Origin: Bacillota bacterium
Lineage (GTDB): Bacteria; Bacillota_I; Bacilli_A; RF39; UBA660
Reading direction: 5' to 3'
Assembly (NCBI GenBank): GCA_023391185.1
Contig: JAEWBI010000042.1
Location: forward strand, 1 to 51,899
Length of the DNA stretch: 51,899 bases
Each line of letters begins with the position of its first letter. Positions within the stretch are counted from its first letter, which is position 1. A program made the translations under genes and the position numbers. A model generated the notes under the pieces. That model saw only the letters and a program-made list of their open reading frames with translations. It did no database searches and was not told the origin of the DNA. Shown piece after piece: positions 8,809-18,118 of the stretch.

Positions 8809-9656
8809 ACTATTCTATAAAAATTAGCAGATGGTCTATTAAATAATCTAATTGGAAGAGTACTTGTTCCAATACCACTTGATATATATAAATCAGTATT
8901 ATTTAAAGTATAATGCTCTTTATAATATTGTTTTGATCCATCGGGTAAAATTATAGCTCCAAATATAGGTATTCTTACTTGACCATTATGTGAGTGACCT
9001 GCCATAACTATATCAAATTTAGAATAATCTATATCATCTATGTAGTCAGGCTCATGCATAAGTAATATACTATAAGTGCTGTTATATTCTTCACTGTTTA
9101 GATAGTCAAGTATAACTTCACTTTTATCTTTAATATTTTTTGTTGTATATGTGTTATTGCTTATTCCAGCTATAAATATTGAATCATAACTATTATTGTA
9201 TATAACATCATATGTATCATTTAGATTTACAAAATCACAATCTTCTATTAATGAACTCCACTTTTTATAACTATAGTCATGATTTCCATCTATGGCATAT
9301 TTATTAATTGTAGCTTCTAATTTACTAAGTACGTCAACTAAATCTTCATATTGTTTACTATTTATATCTTTATCCACTAAATCACCAGTCAATACAATTA
9401 TATCTGGTTTTAAACTATTAATTTTTTTAACTATATTTTCTAAATCTTTCTTTGTTATACTTTTATTGCCATAATGTATATCTGAAAGATGAGCAATTTT
9501 AAGCCCATTATAATCTTCTGATATTGTACTACTTTTAATTTTATATTCTTTTATTTTAAAGCCTTTTGTACCTATGTACATAGCGTATAAATAAGTAATA
9601 CCTGCTAGTAAAAACAAAAGGAATATAATAATTAAAAATTTATATTTTAACTTCAT
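8796..9656 (-). CDS. Membrane-anchored metallophosphoesterase (calcineurin-like, YkuE-type)
   Basis: Motifs HLSDIHYG, GDLVD, GNHD and GHSHNGQ. An N-terminal TM segment. Confidence 0.85.
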   Translation of the reverse strand: MKLKYKFLIIIFLLFLLAGITYLYAMYIGTKGFKIKEYKIKSSTISEDYNGLKIAHLSDIHYGNKSITKKDLENIVKKINSLKPDIIVLTGDLVDKDINSKQYEDLVDVLSKLEATINKYAIDGNHDYSYKKWSSLIEDCDFVNLNDTYDVIYNNSYDSIFIAGISNNTYTTKNIKDKSEVILDYLNSEEYNSTYSILLMHEPDYIDDIDYSKFDIVMAGHSHNGQVRIPIFGAIILPDGSKQYYKEHYTLNNTDLYISSGIGTSTLPIRLFNRPSANFYRIVKED

Positions 9657-9743
9657 ACTACCACCATATTAATTCTATCATACCTTAATAGTACTTATGA
9701 CAAAATAAAACAAAGTTTTTAAACTTTACAGGTATTTTGTATA

Positions 9744-9974
9744 TTAGTAAGGACCATAATAATATGGAGGACGATATGGAGGATAGTAATAATAATTATT
9801 ATAGTAGTATGGTCTAGGGCCATAGAAGTATGGAGCTACAAGTCCTCCGGCTAAACCACCTAATAAGAATGGACCTAAGAAGCCGAATCTATCATCGTTA
9901 CCATAACGATTATATCTATTATAATAATTTCTATTATAGTAATTATTAGCGTTAAAGCGATTTCTTCCGTACAT
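9744..9974 (-). CDS. Tyr/Asn/Pro-rich small protein with a central Gly-rich hydrophobic segment (possible spore-coat or envelope protein)
   Basis: The product is 76 aa, of which 21 are Tyr (for example YYYNNYYYYPPYRPPYYYGPY). The central segment is FGFLGPFLLGGLAGGLVAP. The RBS is AAGGAG, 7-8 nt upstream. Confidence 0.55.
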   Translation of the reverse strand: MYGRNRFNANNYYNRNYYNRYNRYGNDDRFGFLGPFLLGGLAGGLVAPYFYGPRPYYYNNYYYYPPYRPPYYYGPY

Positions 9975-10026
9975 GTTTTAGTCTCCTTTCATATTATATT
10001 ATGAAATAGAAAGCAATAGGTGAATT

Positions 10027-11124
10027 ATGGATAATAAATTAAGAAAACTAAGTGATATGGTTGTTAATTACTCACTTAATTTGAAAAAAGGTGAACGTGT
10101 ATTAATTAATGCTATGAGTGTAAAAACTAGTCCACTTATTTTGGATTTAATTGACAGTATTTGTTCAGTTGGTGCACTTCCTTTCGTAATGATTTATGAT
10201 AATGAAATAGCTAATAAATTAGTAAGGGTAACTAATGAGGATAGAATAAAAGAGTTAGTAATCCAAAAAGAACAGGACAACAAGAATTACGATGCTTTTA
10301 TAAATATTCGATATACTGAAAATGAATATGAGGGAAAAGATATACCTTCTAGTATTAAAGCAAATATAAATAAGGCTACGAGAAAGCAAGATAAAGTTAG
10401 AATTAATGAGCGAAAATGGGTTCTTTTAAATTATCCATCTATAGTGGATGCGTATAAAGCTAAAATGTCGTTTGCAGATTTTAGTAATTATGCATTAAAT
10501 GCCATGACATATGATTATAGTGAAATGAAAGAAAAAATTCTTCCGCTAAAAAGATTAATGGAAAACACAGATAAGGTTAGAATACTAGGACCAAACACAG
10601 ATATAACATTTAGTATTAAAAATATGCCTATAATACCATGTTTAGGAAATTTTAATATTCCTGATGGGGAAATGTATACTGCACCTATAAAAGACTCAGT
10701 AAATGGCATTATAAGCTACAATGTACCATCGCTATATAGAAACAATATCTTTAATAATGTTAGCCTATTATTTAAAGATGGTAAAATAATAGAAGCAAAT
10801 AGTGATAATGACAAAGATTTGTTGAATGAAATATTTGATACTGATGAAGGAAGTAAATATATCGGAGAATTTTCATTAGGATTTAATCCTTTTGTCACAA
10901 AACCTGTATGTGACACTTTATTTGATGAAAAAATAAAAGGTAGTATTCATTTTACTCCAGGACAATGTTATACAGATGCTGACAACGGTAATGATTCAGC
11001 AATACACTGGGATCTTGTATTAATTCAAACACCAGAATATGGTGGTGGAGAAATATATTTTGATGATGTACTAATAAGAAAAGATGGTAAATTTATAATT
11101 GATGAACTAAAATTTCTTAATTAG
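10027..11124 (+). CDS. Aminopeptidase, peptidase family M29 (AmpS/PepS-like)
   Basis: The length and the N-terminal LSDMVVNYSLNLKKGERVLI, plus the C-terminal GEFSLGFNP...GSIHFTPG...HWDLV pattern, are typical of M29. Confidence 0.8.
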   Translation: MDNKLRKLSDMVVNYSLNLKKGERVLINAMSVKTSPLILDLIDSICSVGALPFVMIYDNEIANKLVRVTNEDRIKELVIQKEQDNKNYDAFINIRYTENEYEGKDIPSSIKANINKATRKQDKVRINERKWVLLNYPSIVDAYKAKMSFADFSNYALNAMTYDYSEMKEKILPLKRLMENTDKVRILGPNTDITFSIKNMPIIPCLGNFNIPDGEMYTAPIKDSVNGIISYNVPSLYRNNIFNNVSLLFKDGKIIEANSDNDKDLLNEIFDTDEGSKYIGEFSLGFNPFVTKPVCDTLFDEKIKGSIHFTPGQCYTDADNGNDSAIHWDLVLIQTPEYGGGEIYFDDVLIRKDGKFIIDELKFLN

Positions 11125-11167
11125 AAATAACTTCTTAATTTAATCATATATTTTAATAGGTGATTAA

Positions 11168-12004
11168 ATGAAGAAGTTTTTTAAATTCATAGGAATAATA
11201 ACTTTACTATGTGGAAGTTTTATTTATACTGAAAAAGCAACAACAGTAGTAAAAGAGTTGGATGACATAATGATCCAAATTAGAAATAATAAAGATAAAT
11301 ATTATGTTCCTCCAGTAGAAGCGGAAATTGTGGATGATACTATAATTCCAGGTATAAATGGAACTGAAATAGATGTAAATAAAAGTTATCAAAATATGCG
11401 TAGTATTGGAATTTACAATGACAAATATTTTAAGTATAGGATGATAAAAGTCAAAAATGAATTATTTAACAATTTAGATAAATACATAATAAGTGGTAAT
11501 AAAAATAAGGGTATGGTAAGTCTAATATTCCTTGTTGAAAAAAATACAAAAATTAATAAGGTAATAAAAATATTAAAACAAAAAGAAGTAAGTGCAAATT
11601 TCTTTGTAGATGGGACATGGTTAGAAAGCAATAATTCCGATGTTTATACAATTATAAATAATAATCATGATTTAGGTAGCATTGGATATAACTATAATTA
11701 TGATGATACATCATATGCTTGGCTAGACAACATAATAAAAAGAGTAAGCAAACAAAAAAATAGTTATTGTATTAAAACAGATGAAGATTCACATGAACGA
11801 TGTATCAAAAATAAAAACTACACAATAAGCTCTAATGTAATTGAAAAAAATCCATTAATTTTAACAAAAGAACAATTAACTAGTGGCTCTATTATTATTT
11901 ATAAGATAAATGATTCCTTAGAAGAAGAACTACCTTTAATTATCGATTATATTAATTCTAAAGGTCTAACAATAGATGTATTAAAAAAAATGTTACAAGA
12001 ATAA
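11168..12004 (+). CDS. Secreted NodB-homology (polysaccharide deacetylase-like) protein with degenerate catalytic motifs
   Basis: N-terminal signal/TM. SANFFVDGTWL resembles the ATFF-V-G block. The TFDDG and HxxxH motifs are replaced by SLIFLVEKN and HDLGSIGYNY. Confidence 0.45.
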   Translation: MKKFFKFIGIITLLCGSFIYTEKATTVVKELDDIMIQIRNNKDKYYVPPVEAEIVDDTIIPGINGTEIDVNKSYQNMRSIGIYNDKYFKYRMIKVKNELFNNLDKYIISGNKNKGMVSLIFLVEKNTKINKVIKILKQKEVSANFFVDGTWLESNNSDVYTIINNNHDLGSIGYNYNYDDTSYAWLDNIIKRVSKQKNSYCIKTDEDSHERCIKNKNYTISSNVIEKNPLILTKEQLTSGSIIIYKINDSLEEELPLIIDYINSKGLTIDVLKKMLQE

Positions 12005-12057
12005 ATATATACTTGTTTTTAAATTACATGATATAATTGTTATAGTAGGTGGTTGAG

Positions 12058-13119
12058 ATGAACGAAAAAACCCTAGATAATAGGTGCCCTTCTTGTGCAG
12101 CTCCAATTTTCTTTAAACCAACATTAGGAAAATGGAAATGTGATTATTGTGATAGTGTTTTTACACTAGAGCAATTACAAAAATTCAATAATGCTAGTAA
12201 TACTAAAGTAAATGAAAATACTAAAGAGATTGAAATTAATTATGTTGCTTATACATGCAAAGATTGCGGTGCTGAGATTATAGCTGATGAGCAAACGGCC
12301 GCAACTTTTTGTGTTTATTGTGGAAATACAGCTATCTTAAAAAATAAATTATCAGGTGAGTTTAGACCTTCTAAAATTATACCTTTTAAGGTAGAAAAAG
12401 AAGTTGCAATTCAATCTTTTAAAAGTATATCAAAAGGAAGACCTTTAATGCCGAAGATGTTTAATAAAATTGAAAATATTGAAAAAATTCGTGGTATTTA
12501 TATTCCTTTTTGGCTTTATGATATAAATGTAGCCGGAAGTTTAAACGCTGATGGTGAAAAAATAAGTGTTTGGATTTCAGATGATAGACAATTCACAAAA
12601 GTAGATTTTTATAAAATTTATAGAACAGCAACAATGGATTATTTGAAAATTCCTGTTGATGGTTCTACACGTTTTGATGATGATATGATGAGTACAATTG
12701 AACCTTTTAACTATGAAGAACTTGTTGATTATAACCATGCTTATTTATCAGGCTTTTTTGCTGAAAAGTATGATGTTGATAATGAAAAGGCATATAGTCA
12801 AGCAGGACAAAGAGCAGTTGACTCTACATATGATGATATGAAAAAAGATATGGGTAATTTTATGAACAAATCTGTTTTTGAAAATACTCTTACACCACGT
12901 CTATTAAAAAGCGAATATGTAATGTTGCCTGTATGGATGGTTAATGTAAAATATAAATCTAAAAATTATTTATTTGCAATGAATGGTGAAACTGGAGAAT
13001 TTGTTGGAAACATTCCGGTCGATGAAAAAAAGGCTTTTATTATGGCTATCATAATATTTATCTCAATTTTTATAGTATCAATAGGGATATCATATATTAT
13101 GTTTTTAGTGGGTGTATAG
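12058..13119 (+). CDS. Double zinc-ribbon membrane protein (YdjG-like)
   Basis: CPSC...CDYC and CKDC...CVYC ribbons and a C-terminal TM segment. The ATG at 12058 follows an AGGTGG RBS (the track start at 12049 is a GTG). Confidence 0.7.
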   Translation: MNEKTLDNRCPSCAAPIFFKPTLGKWKCDYCDSVFTLEQLQKFNNASNTKVNENTKEIEINYVAYTCKDCGAEIIADEQTAATFCVYCGNTAILKNKLSGEFRPSKIIPFKVEKEVAIQSFKSISKGRPLMPKMFNKIENIEKIRGIYIPFWLYDINVAGSLNADGEKISVWISDDRQFTKVDFYKIYRTATMDYLKIPVDGSTRFDDDMMSTIEPFNYEELVDYNHAYLSGFFAEKYDVDNEKAYSQAGQRAVDSTYDDMKKDMGNFMNKSVFENTLTPRLLKSEYVMLPVWMVNVKYKSKNYLFAMNGETGEFVGNIPVDEKKAFIMAIIIFISIFIVSIGISYIMFLVGV

Positions 13120-13120
13120 T

Positions 13121-14056
13121 ATGAAGAAATTAATTTTAATATTTTTAACTGTTGTATTTTTATTTAAATTTGATACCGCTTATGCTAGTACTGATACTTA
13201 TCAAAGAACAGAAGATGATATGGGAGTAAATAAAAAATGGGAGATAAATGAAAAAAATAAAGATGCTGTTTTTGATACTCCTAGAGTAGATGCTTCTGAG
13301 AAAATATATGATTTTGCTGATATAGTTAGTGATGCTGATGAATATCGTTTATTTGTTGAAAGTAATAAATTTACAGAAGCAACAAAGTTGGATATGGTTA
13401 TTTTAACTACTGATTTAGATTATTCTGACTCAGAACTTGAGGATTATGCTGCTAATTTTTATGACTATAATGATTTTGGGATAGATGATGAATTATATAG
13501 CGGTATTATTTTTATAATTAATATGAATGATAATAATAGGTATTACAATATCTATACATTTGGTAATGCTCAACTATATTATCCATATGATCGTTGTGAA
13601 GATTTATTAGACTATATATCTAATGATATCCAAAGACAGGAAGACTATCTTCAGGAAAGAAAGTATTACGACGCAATGAGTACTTTTATTGAGTATTCAA
13701 AACTTTTTTATGAACGAGGAATTCCTAAAGAATATGATAATTACTATGTTGATGATATGGGAGTATTACGTAGAACCTATGTATTACCTTGGCTTATTTG
13801 CTTTATTATTTCAGTAGTATTAACAATAATAGTGATGATTATTTTAGTATCAAAGAATAAAATGATAAAAAAAGCTGGACCAGCTAAAGAATATCTTGAT
13901 AAAAATAGTATTGATTATAGGGTTAGAGATAATAGATATATTTCAACAAATACTACATCTGTAATTATAAAAAGTCCAGGTGGTGGATCTGGCGGTGGCT
14001 CACATATGGGTTCTAGCGGTGGAGGCCATGGTGGTGGTGGCGGAAGACACTTCTAG
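13121..14056 (+). CDS. TPM-domain protein (UPF0603 / YgcG / YdjH-like) with TM segment and Gly-rich tail
   Basis: Signal peptide, then a TPM-like block (IYDFADIVSDADEYRL...DMVILTTDL...YSGIIFIINMNDN...), a TM segment and a C-terminal GGGSGGGSHMGSSGGGHGGGGGRHF tail. Confidence 0.75.
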   Translation: MKKLILIFLTVVFLFKFDTAYASTDTYQRTEDDMGVNKKWEINEKNKDAVFDTPRVDASEKIYDFADIVSDADEYRLFVESNKFTEATKLDMVILTTDLDYSDSELEDYAANFYDYNDFGIDDELYSGIIFIINMNDNNRYYNIYTFGNAQLYYPYDRCEDLLDYISNDIQRQEDYLQERKYYDAMSTFIEYSKLFYERGIPKEYDNYYVDDMGVLRRTYVLPWLICFIISVVLTIIVMIILVSKNKMIKKAGPAKEYLDKNSIDYRVRDNRYISTNTTSVIIKSPGGGSGGGSHMGSSGGGHGGGGGRHF

Positions 14057-14062
14057 TATATA

Positions 14063-14091
14063 GGCAAATGATTTACTTCATTTGTCTTTTT
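14063..14091 (+). terminator. Rho-independent terminator
   Basis: GCAAATGA-TTTACT-TCATTTGT followed by CTTTTT. Confidence 0.65.
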
Positions 14092-14121
14092 ATATGATAT
14101 AATCTTATCTGAGGTGATACT

Positions 14122-16317
14122 ATGAAAAAACCTGAAATTCTTGCACCCGCAGGTAATATGGAATGTTTAAAGGCCGCTATAGTTGCTGGTGCAGATGCAA
14201 TATATATAGGTGGGTATATGTTTGGCGCAAGAGCTTTTTCTAATAATTTTTCTGATGAAGAAATAATTGAGGCTGTTAATTATGCACATATGTATAATGT
14301 TAAAATATATGTTACTACTAATACATTAATATATGAAAATGAAGTAGATAGGTTTATTAACTATATTGATTTTTTATATAACAGTAATGTAGATGCTGTT
14401 ATAGTTCAAGATATAGGAATGATGGACTTAATACGCCAGACTTTTCCTGATTTAGAAGTTCACGCTTCTACTCAAATGCATATTCATAATTTAGAGGGAG
14501 TGAAACTAGCAAATAAATTAGGACTAACTAGAGTAGTTCTCGCTAGAGAAACAACATATGAAGATATAAGAAATATTAAACAAAATATTAATACTGAAAT
14601 AGAAATATTTGTTCATGGAGCTTTATGTATTTCATACTCTGGACAATGTTTAATGAGTAGTTTAATAGGCGGTAGAAGTGGTAACCGTGGTACTTGTGCT
14701 GGAAGTTGTAGGCAAAAATATAATGTACTTGATGAAAATGAAAAAAAGGTTAATACAGATGAATATAATTTAAGTACAAAAGACTTAAGTAGTTTAGATA
14801 ACATAGGTAAACTAATTGAAATTGGTGTTGATAGTTTTAAAATAGAAGGAAGAATGAAGTCGCCAGAATATGTTTACTTAGTTGTTAGCTTATACCGAAA
14901 AGCAATAGACTCATATTTTAAAGATCAAGTTATAAATATAACTGATTCCGAAATAAAAAATCTAAAAAAAACATTTAATAGAATGTTTACAAAAGGATTT
15001 ATGTTTAATGAAAACAATAATAATTTTATAAATGCATATAGACCAAACCATCAAGGTGTTGAAATAGGTAAAGTAGTATCTTCTAAAGAAAGTACTTTAG
15101 TAATAAAATTAACGGATGATTTAAATATAAATGATGGTATTAGAATTATAGGTAAGGAAGATTCAGGTTGTATTGTAACTTCCATGTTTATTAGTGGAAA
15201 AAGGGTTTATTATGCTAAAGCAGGAGATATAGTTACAGTTTCTTATAAAGATGTTGCTGATAAAGATTCAGTAGTTTTAAAAACTACTGATTATGAATTA
15301 AATAAAGAAATTGATAATTATTTAAAAACAAATAAAAGAAAAGTTCAAATAATAGGTAAGATAACTATTAAAGAAGATAAAGTAATTGAATTACAGATAT
15401 CAGATGGTATATATCAAGTTATGATTAGTGGTGATAACTGCATTAAGCAAGCAACAACTACTCCAACTAGTAGAGAAAGAATCTTGCAGCAAATTACTAA
15501 AACAGGTAATACAGTTTATGAATTTTCGAAAGTGGATATTGAGCTAGATAATAATTTATTTGTTCCAATAAAAGAAATAAATGAACTAAGACGTATTGCT
15601 CTTGAGGAATTAACATCTAAAAGATTAATTATAAAAAGGCAGTATAAAAAAGAGATATATAACCGAACTGTCCCTTCTTTTGAAAAAAGGTTTGCTAAAA
15701 GTATTTATATAAAAAGCGAAAGACAGTATAATGCAATTAAAGATGGCGATTATGAATATATATATGTTGACCTTGATTTATATAATGTTTTAAATGACCA
15801 AAGAATTATCCTAAAACTTCCAAGAGTTATAACAAGATATGAAGAATATAATATTCCTTTATTAGTTGGAGAAATAGGTAGTGTTAATAAGTATACGAAT
15901 ATTTATACTGATTTTTCACTAAATGTTGTTAATTCTTATAGTGTAGCTTTATTACACTCATTAGGTGTTAAACAAATAACTATATCATATGAAATGAATG
16001 ATTCTCAAATAAAGGAAATGATTGATCAATATAAAAAAAGATATCATCAACATCCTAACTTAGAAATGATTATATATGCTAAAGAGGAAATAATGATATC
16101 TAAATTTAACTTACTTAAATACTATAAATTAAATGATAAAGGTTATTTACAAGATAGATTTAATAATTTATATAAGATAATAGAAAAAGATAATTTAATG
16201 TATATTTATAACTATAAACCAAGGGATATAAAAAATTTTAATTATTATAATGATATTGGGGTTAATAGTTTTAGATATAATGTAATTGATGATGAAGACT
16301 TAAATAATATTATTTAA
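14122..16317 (+). CDS. Peptidase U32 family protein (long form)
   Basis: The N-terminal KPEILAPAGNMECLKAAIVAGADAIYIGG, the GALCISYSGQCLMSS block and the EGRMKSPEYV block are typical of U32. Confidence 0.85.
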   Translation: MKKPEILAPAGNMECLKAAIVAGADAIYIGGYMFGARAFSNNFSDEEIIEAVNYAHMYNVKIYVTTNTLIYENEVDRFINYIDFLYNSNVDAVIVQDIGMMDLIRQTFPDLEVHASTQMHIHNLEGVKLANKLGLTRVVLARETTYEDIRNIKQNINTEIEIFVHGALCISYSGQCLMSSLIGGRSGNRGTCAGSCRQKYNVLDENEKKVNTDEYNLSTKDLSSLDNIGKLIEIGVDSFKIEGRMKSPEYVYLVVSLYRKAIDSYFKDQVINITDSEIKNLKKTFNRMFTKGFMFNENNNNFINAYRPNHQGVEIGKVVSSKESTLVIKLTDDLNINDGIRIIGKEDSGCIVTSMFISGKRVYYAKAGDIVTVSYKDVADKDSVVLKTTDYELNKEIDNYLKTNKRKVQIIGKITIKEDKVIELQISDGIYQVMISGDNCIKQATTTPTSRERILQQITKTGNTVYEFSKVDIELDNNLFVPIKEINELRRIALEELTSKRLIIKRQYKKEIYNRTVPSFEKRFAKSIYIKSERQYNAIKDGDYEYIYVDLDLYNVLNDQRIILKLPRVITRYEEYNIPLLVGEIGSVNKYTNIYTDFSLNVVNSYSVALLHSLGVKQITISYEMNDSQIKEMIDQYKKRYHQHPNLEMIIYAKEEIMISKFNLLKYYKLNDKGYLQDRFNNLYKIIEKDNLMYIYNYKPRDIKNFNYYNDIGVNSFRYNVIDDEDLNNII

Positions 16318-16322
16318 GTCTT

Positions 16323-16712
16323 TTATACTGCAGGATTTCCGTATATAGATGGAGTATCTTCGCTATAATTATATACACTATATAGTACAATTAATCCACC
16401 TATTATAGCTAGAATAGATACAATTATTTCTAAATTATCTGCAGTTAAATCTTCGTTTTTTATTTGATCTATTTCTTTATTCCTAAACGCTAACGATAAA
16501 AATACAAAAAATAATCCAAGTATGACAATTCTATTAGTCTTTAAAATTGCATCTGCTTGTTTATCAGTTAGAAAAGGTTCGTTATATAGTATCTTATTTC
16601 TTTCGTTTATATTGAGAAAAATAGATACAATTAATGTTAATATGAATAGAAACGAGGTGACAATCTGTATATCTATTACTTCAGCTTCAGCTTCTCTTGT
16701 ATCAACTGACAT
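16323..16712 (-). CDS. Membrane protein of unknown function (3-4 TM)
   Basis: Hydrophobic ORF with a GAGGT RBS. Its start overlaps the stop of the upstream deacetylase gene by 11 nt. Confidence 0.55.
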   Translation of the reverse strand: MSVDTREAEAEVIDIQIVTSFLFILTLIVSIFLNINERNKILYNEPFLTDKQADAILKTNRIVILGLFFVFLSLAFRNKEIDQIKNEDLTADNLEIIVSILAIIGGLIVLYSVYNYSEDTPSIYGNPAV

Positions 16713-17367
16713 CTCTTAACCTCTGTATTTCTTTTAATTCACTTACCGATACTATTTGATATCCCATTTCTTGTAGCTTAGGTATGATTATTTTTAGAGC
16801 ATCATAAGTTCTTTTGTATATATCATGCATGATTATAATATCACCATCATTTATATTTCGTATTACTCTAGCAGCAATAGTCTTACTACTTTTATATCTC
16901 CAATCTTTGCTGTCATTGTTCCACATTACAATATCCATGTCTATTGCCTTTTTTACTTTAACATTTATATCGCCATAACTAGGTCTAAATAATCTTGGTT
17001 TTTTTCCAGTAATATCAAATATTAAATCGTTTGTTTTACTTATTTCAATGTTTGTTTCATTGACACTTAAGTGTGTCAACCATGGATGAGAATAAGTATG
17101 ATTTCCAATTTCATTACCTTTTAGTGTTATATTCATTATGGTTTCTTTATAATATAAAACTTTATTACCCATTACAAAAAAAGTGGCTGATGCATTGTAT
17201 TTTTCTAAAATATCTAAAATATTATTAGTATATTCACTAGGACCATCATCAAAAGTTAGTGCTACTGTTTTTTTATCTATGTCTAATAGATTTTCACTAT
17301 TTACGGTAGGAAAAAACATTAATAGGATTAAAACAATAATTATAGTGCATTTTTTCAAATAGATCAC
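16702..17367 (-). CDS. Polysaccharide (peptidoglycan) deacetylase, NodB homology domain, catalytic motifs intact
   Basis: Motifs TFDDGP, HTYSHP and RPSYG, plus a signal peptide. The start is ambiguous: either the GTG at 17367 or the TTG at 17358, since the RBS AGGTG overlaps the GTG. Confidence 0.85.
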   Translation of the reverse strand: MIYLKKCTIIIVLILLMFFPTVNSENLLDIDKKTVALTFDDGPSEYTNNILDILEKYNASATFFVMGNKVLYYKETIMNITLKGNEIGNHTYSHPWLTHLSVNETNIEISKTNDLIFDITGKKPRLFRPSYGDINVKVKKAIDMDIVMWNNDSKDWRYKSSKTIAARVIRNINDGDIIIMHDIYKRTYDALKIIIPKLQEMGYQIVSVSELKEIQRLRDVS

Positions 17368-17450
17368 CTATATAAATATATTTGAAAAACTTGGTTATAA
17401 TGAGTACAAATAAAATTAAAATGAGAATATATAATATTAGAGGTGATGTT

Positions 17451-17798
17451 ATGCTTGATATATTTCCAAGTTCACTAATAGATTTATTAATAATTAGTGT
17501 TACACTTAGTTTTGTATTAATGGCTTTAATTCAAAAAATAAAGAAACTATCATTTATAAATAAAGAGTGGCAAATTTGGATGGTAAATTTATTTTTATCA
17601 TTTAGTATTGCAATACCATTTGGAATAAAGTTCTATGATGCCAGTTTAAACGACGGAATATGGATTGGCTTATTTACATTTATAGGTGCACCAACTCTAT
17701 ATGAAACACTAAAAAATCAGAACATTTTGACTTATAAACCGACATCTTTAAATAGTACTGTTAAAATTCCAATTAAAAATAAAATTTCAACAGAATAA
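17451..17798 (+). CDS. Small membrane protein (3 TM), function unknown
   Basis: The ATG at 17451 follows an AGAGGTGA RBS. The longer track ORF starting at 17382 lacks an RBS. Confidence 0.5.
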   Translation: MLDIFPSSLIDLLIISVTLSFVLMALIQKIKKLSFINKEWQIWMVNLFLSFSIAIPFGIKFYDASLNDGIWIGLFTFIGAPTLYETLKNQNILTYKPTSLNSTVKIPIKNKISTE

Positions 17799-17804
17799 AA
17801 TTGT

Positions 17805-18084
17805 AAAAAAAATACAAAAATCAAAAAAAATAAAAAATCAAAAAATGGAAAAACTGAAAAAAAATGAAAAAAATCAAAAAAAGTAATATATTCAAAAAAT
17901 AACATTGTCTTTTAAAACAAAGGATAAAATGATGATTTTACGAATAAATTACTTTTTTTAAAATAAATCAAAAAATAGAAAAATGTAAAATGTAAAATTT
18001 TTAAAAATTCAAAAAACTGTTTATGTCTTTAAAAATAAGGGTTTATAAAATTATGCGAACAAAAGTTCGAAAAAATATCAAAAA
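17805..18084 (+). repeat. Strand-asymmetric A-tract / TCAAAAAA repeat array in the nrdD upstream region
   Basis: Nine consecutive T(C/G/A)A5-8 units lie between 17805 and 17882 at 8-10 bp spacing. TCAAAAAA occurs at 17821, 17838, 17874, 17892, 17968, 18009 and 18077, always in the same orientation. A tandem AAATGTA x2 lies at 17981-17994. Confidence 0.8.
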
Positions 18085-18088
18085 AGTT

Positions 18089-18118
18089 ATTGACTTTACA
18101 TAAAATATAATACTATAA
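18089..18118 (+). promoter_or_regulatory. Candidate sigma-A promoter of nrdD (TTGACT-18 bp-TATAAT)
   Basis: TTGACT at 18089-18094 and TATAAT at 18113-18118, 37 nt upstream of the nrdD ATG. Confidence 0.55.

Noticed and set aside
9975-10026. A sigma-K-like promoter (AC-16 bp-CATAATATA, minus strand) upstream of the Tyr-rich gene. A similar AC-16-CATACTATA element lies upstream of cotJ (50689-50715).
   Set aside because: Not reported as features. Such motifs arise easily in AT-rich DNA, and both lie so close to the start codon (19-21 nt) that the predicted transcript would barely include the RBS. They are mentioned only as weak hints.
13975-14050. A GGT/GGC-rich stretch here, and a GAT/GAA-rich stretch at 49693-49882, were considered as tandem DNA repeats.
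   Set aside because: Both are coding low-complexity regions: the Gly-rich tail of the TPM protein and the acidic tail of RpoE. They are not independent repeat elements.
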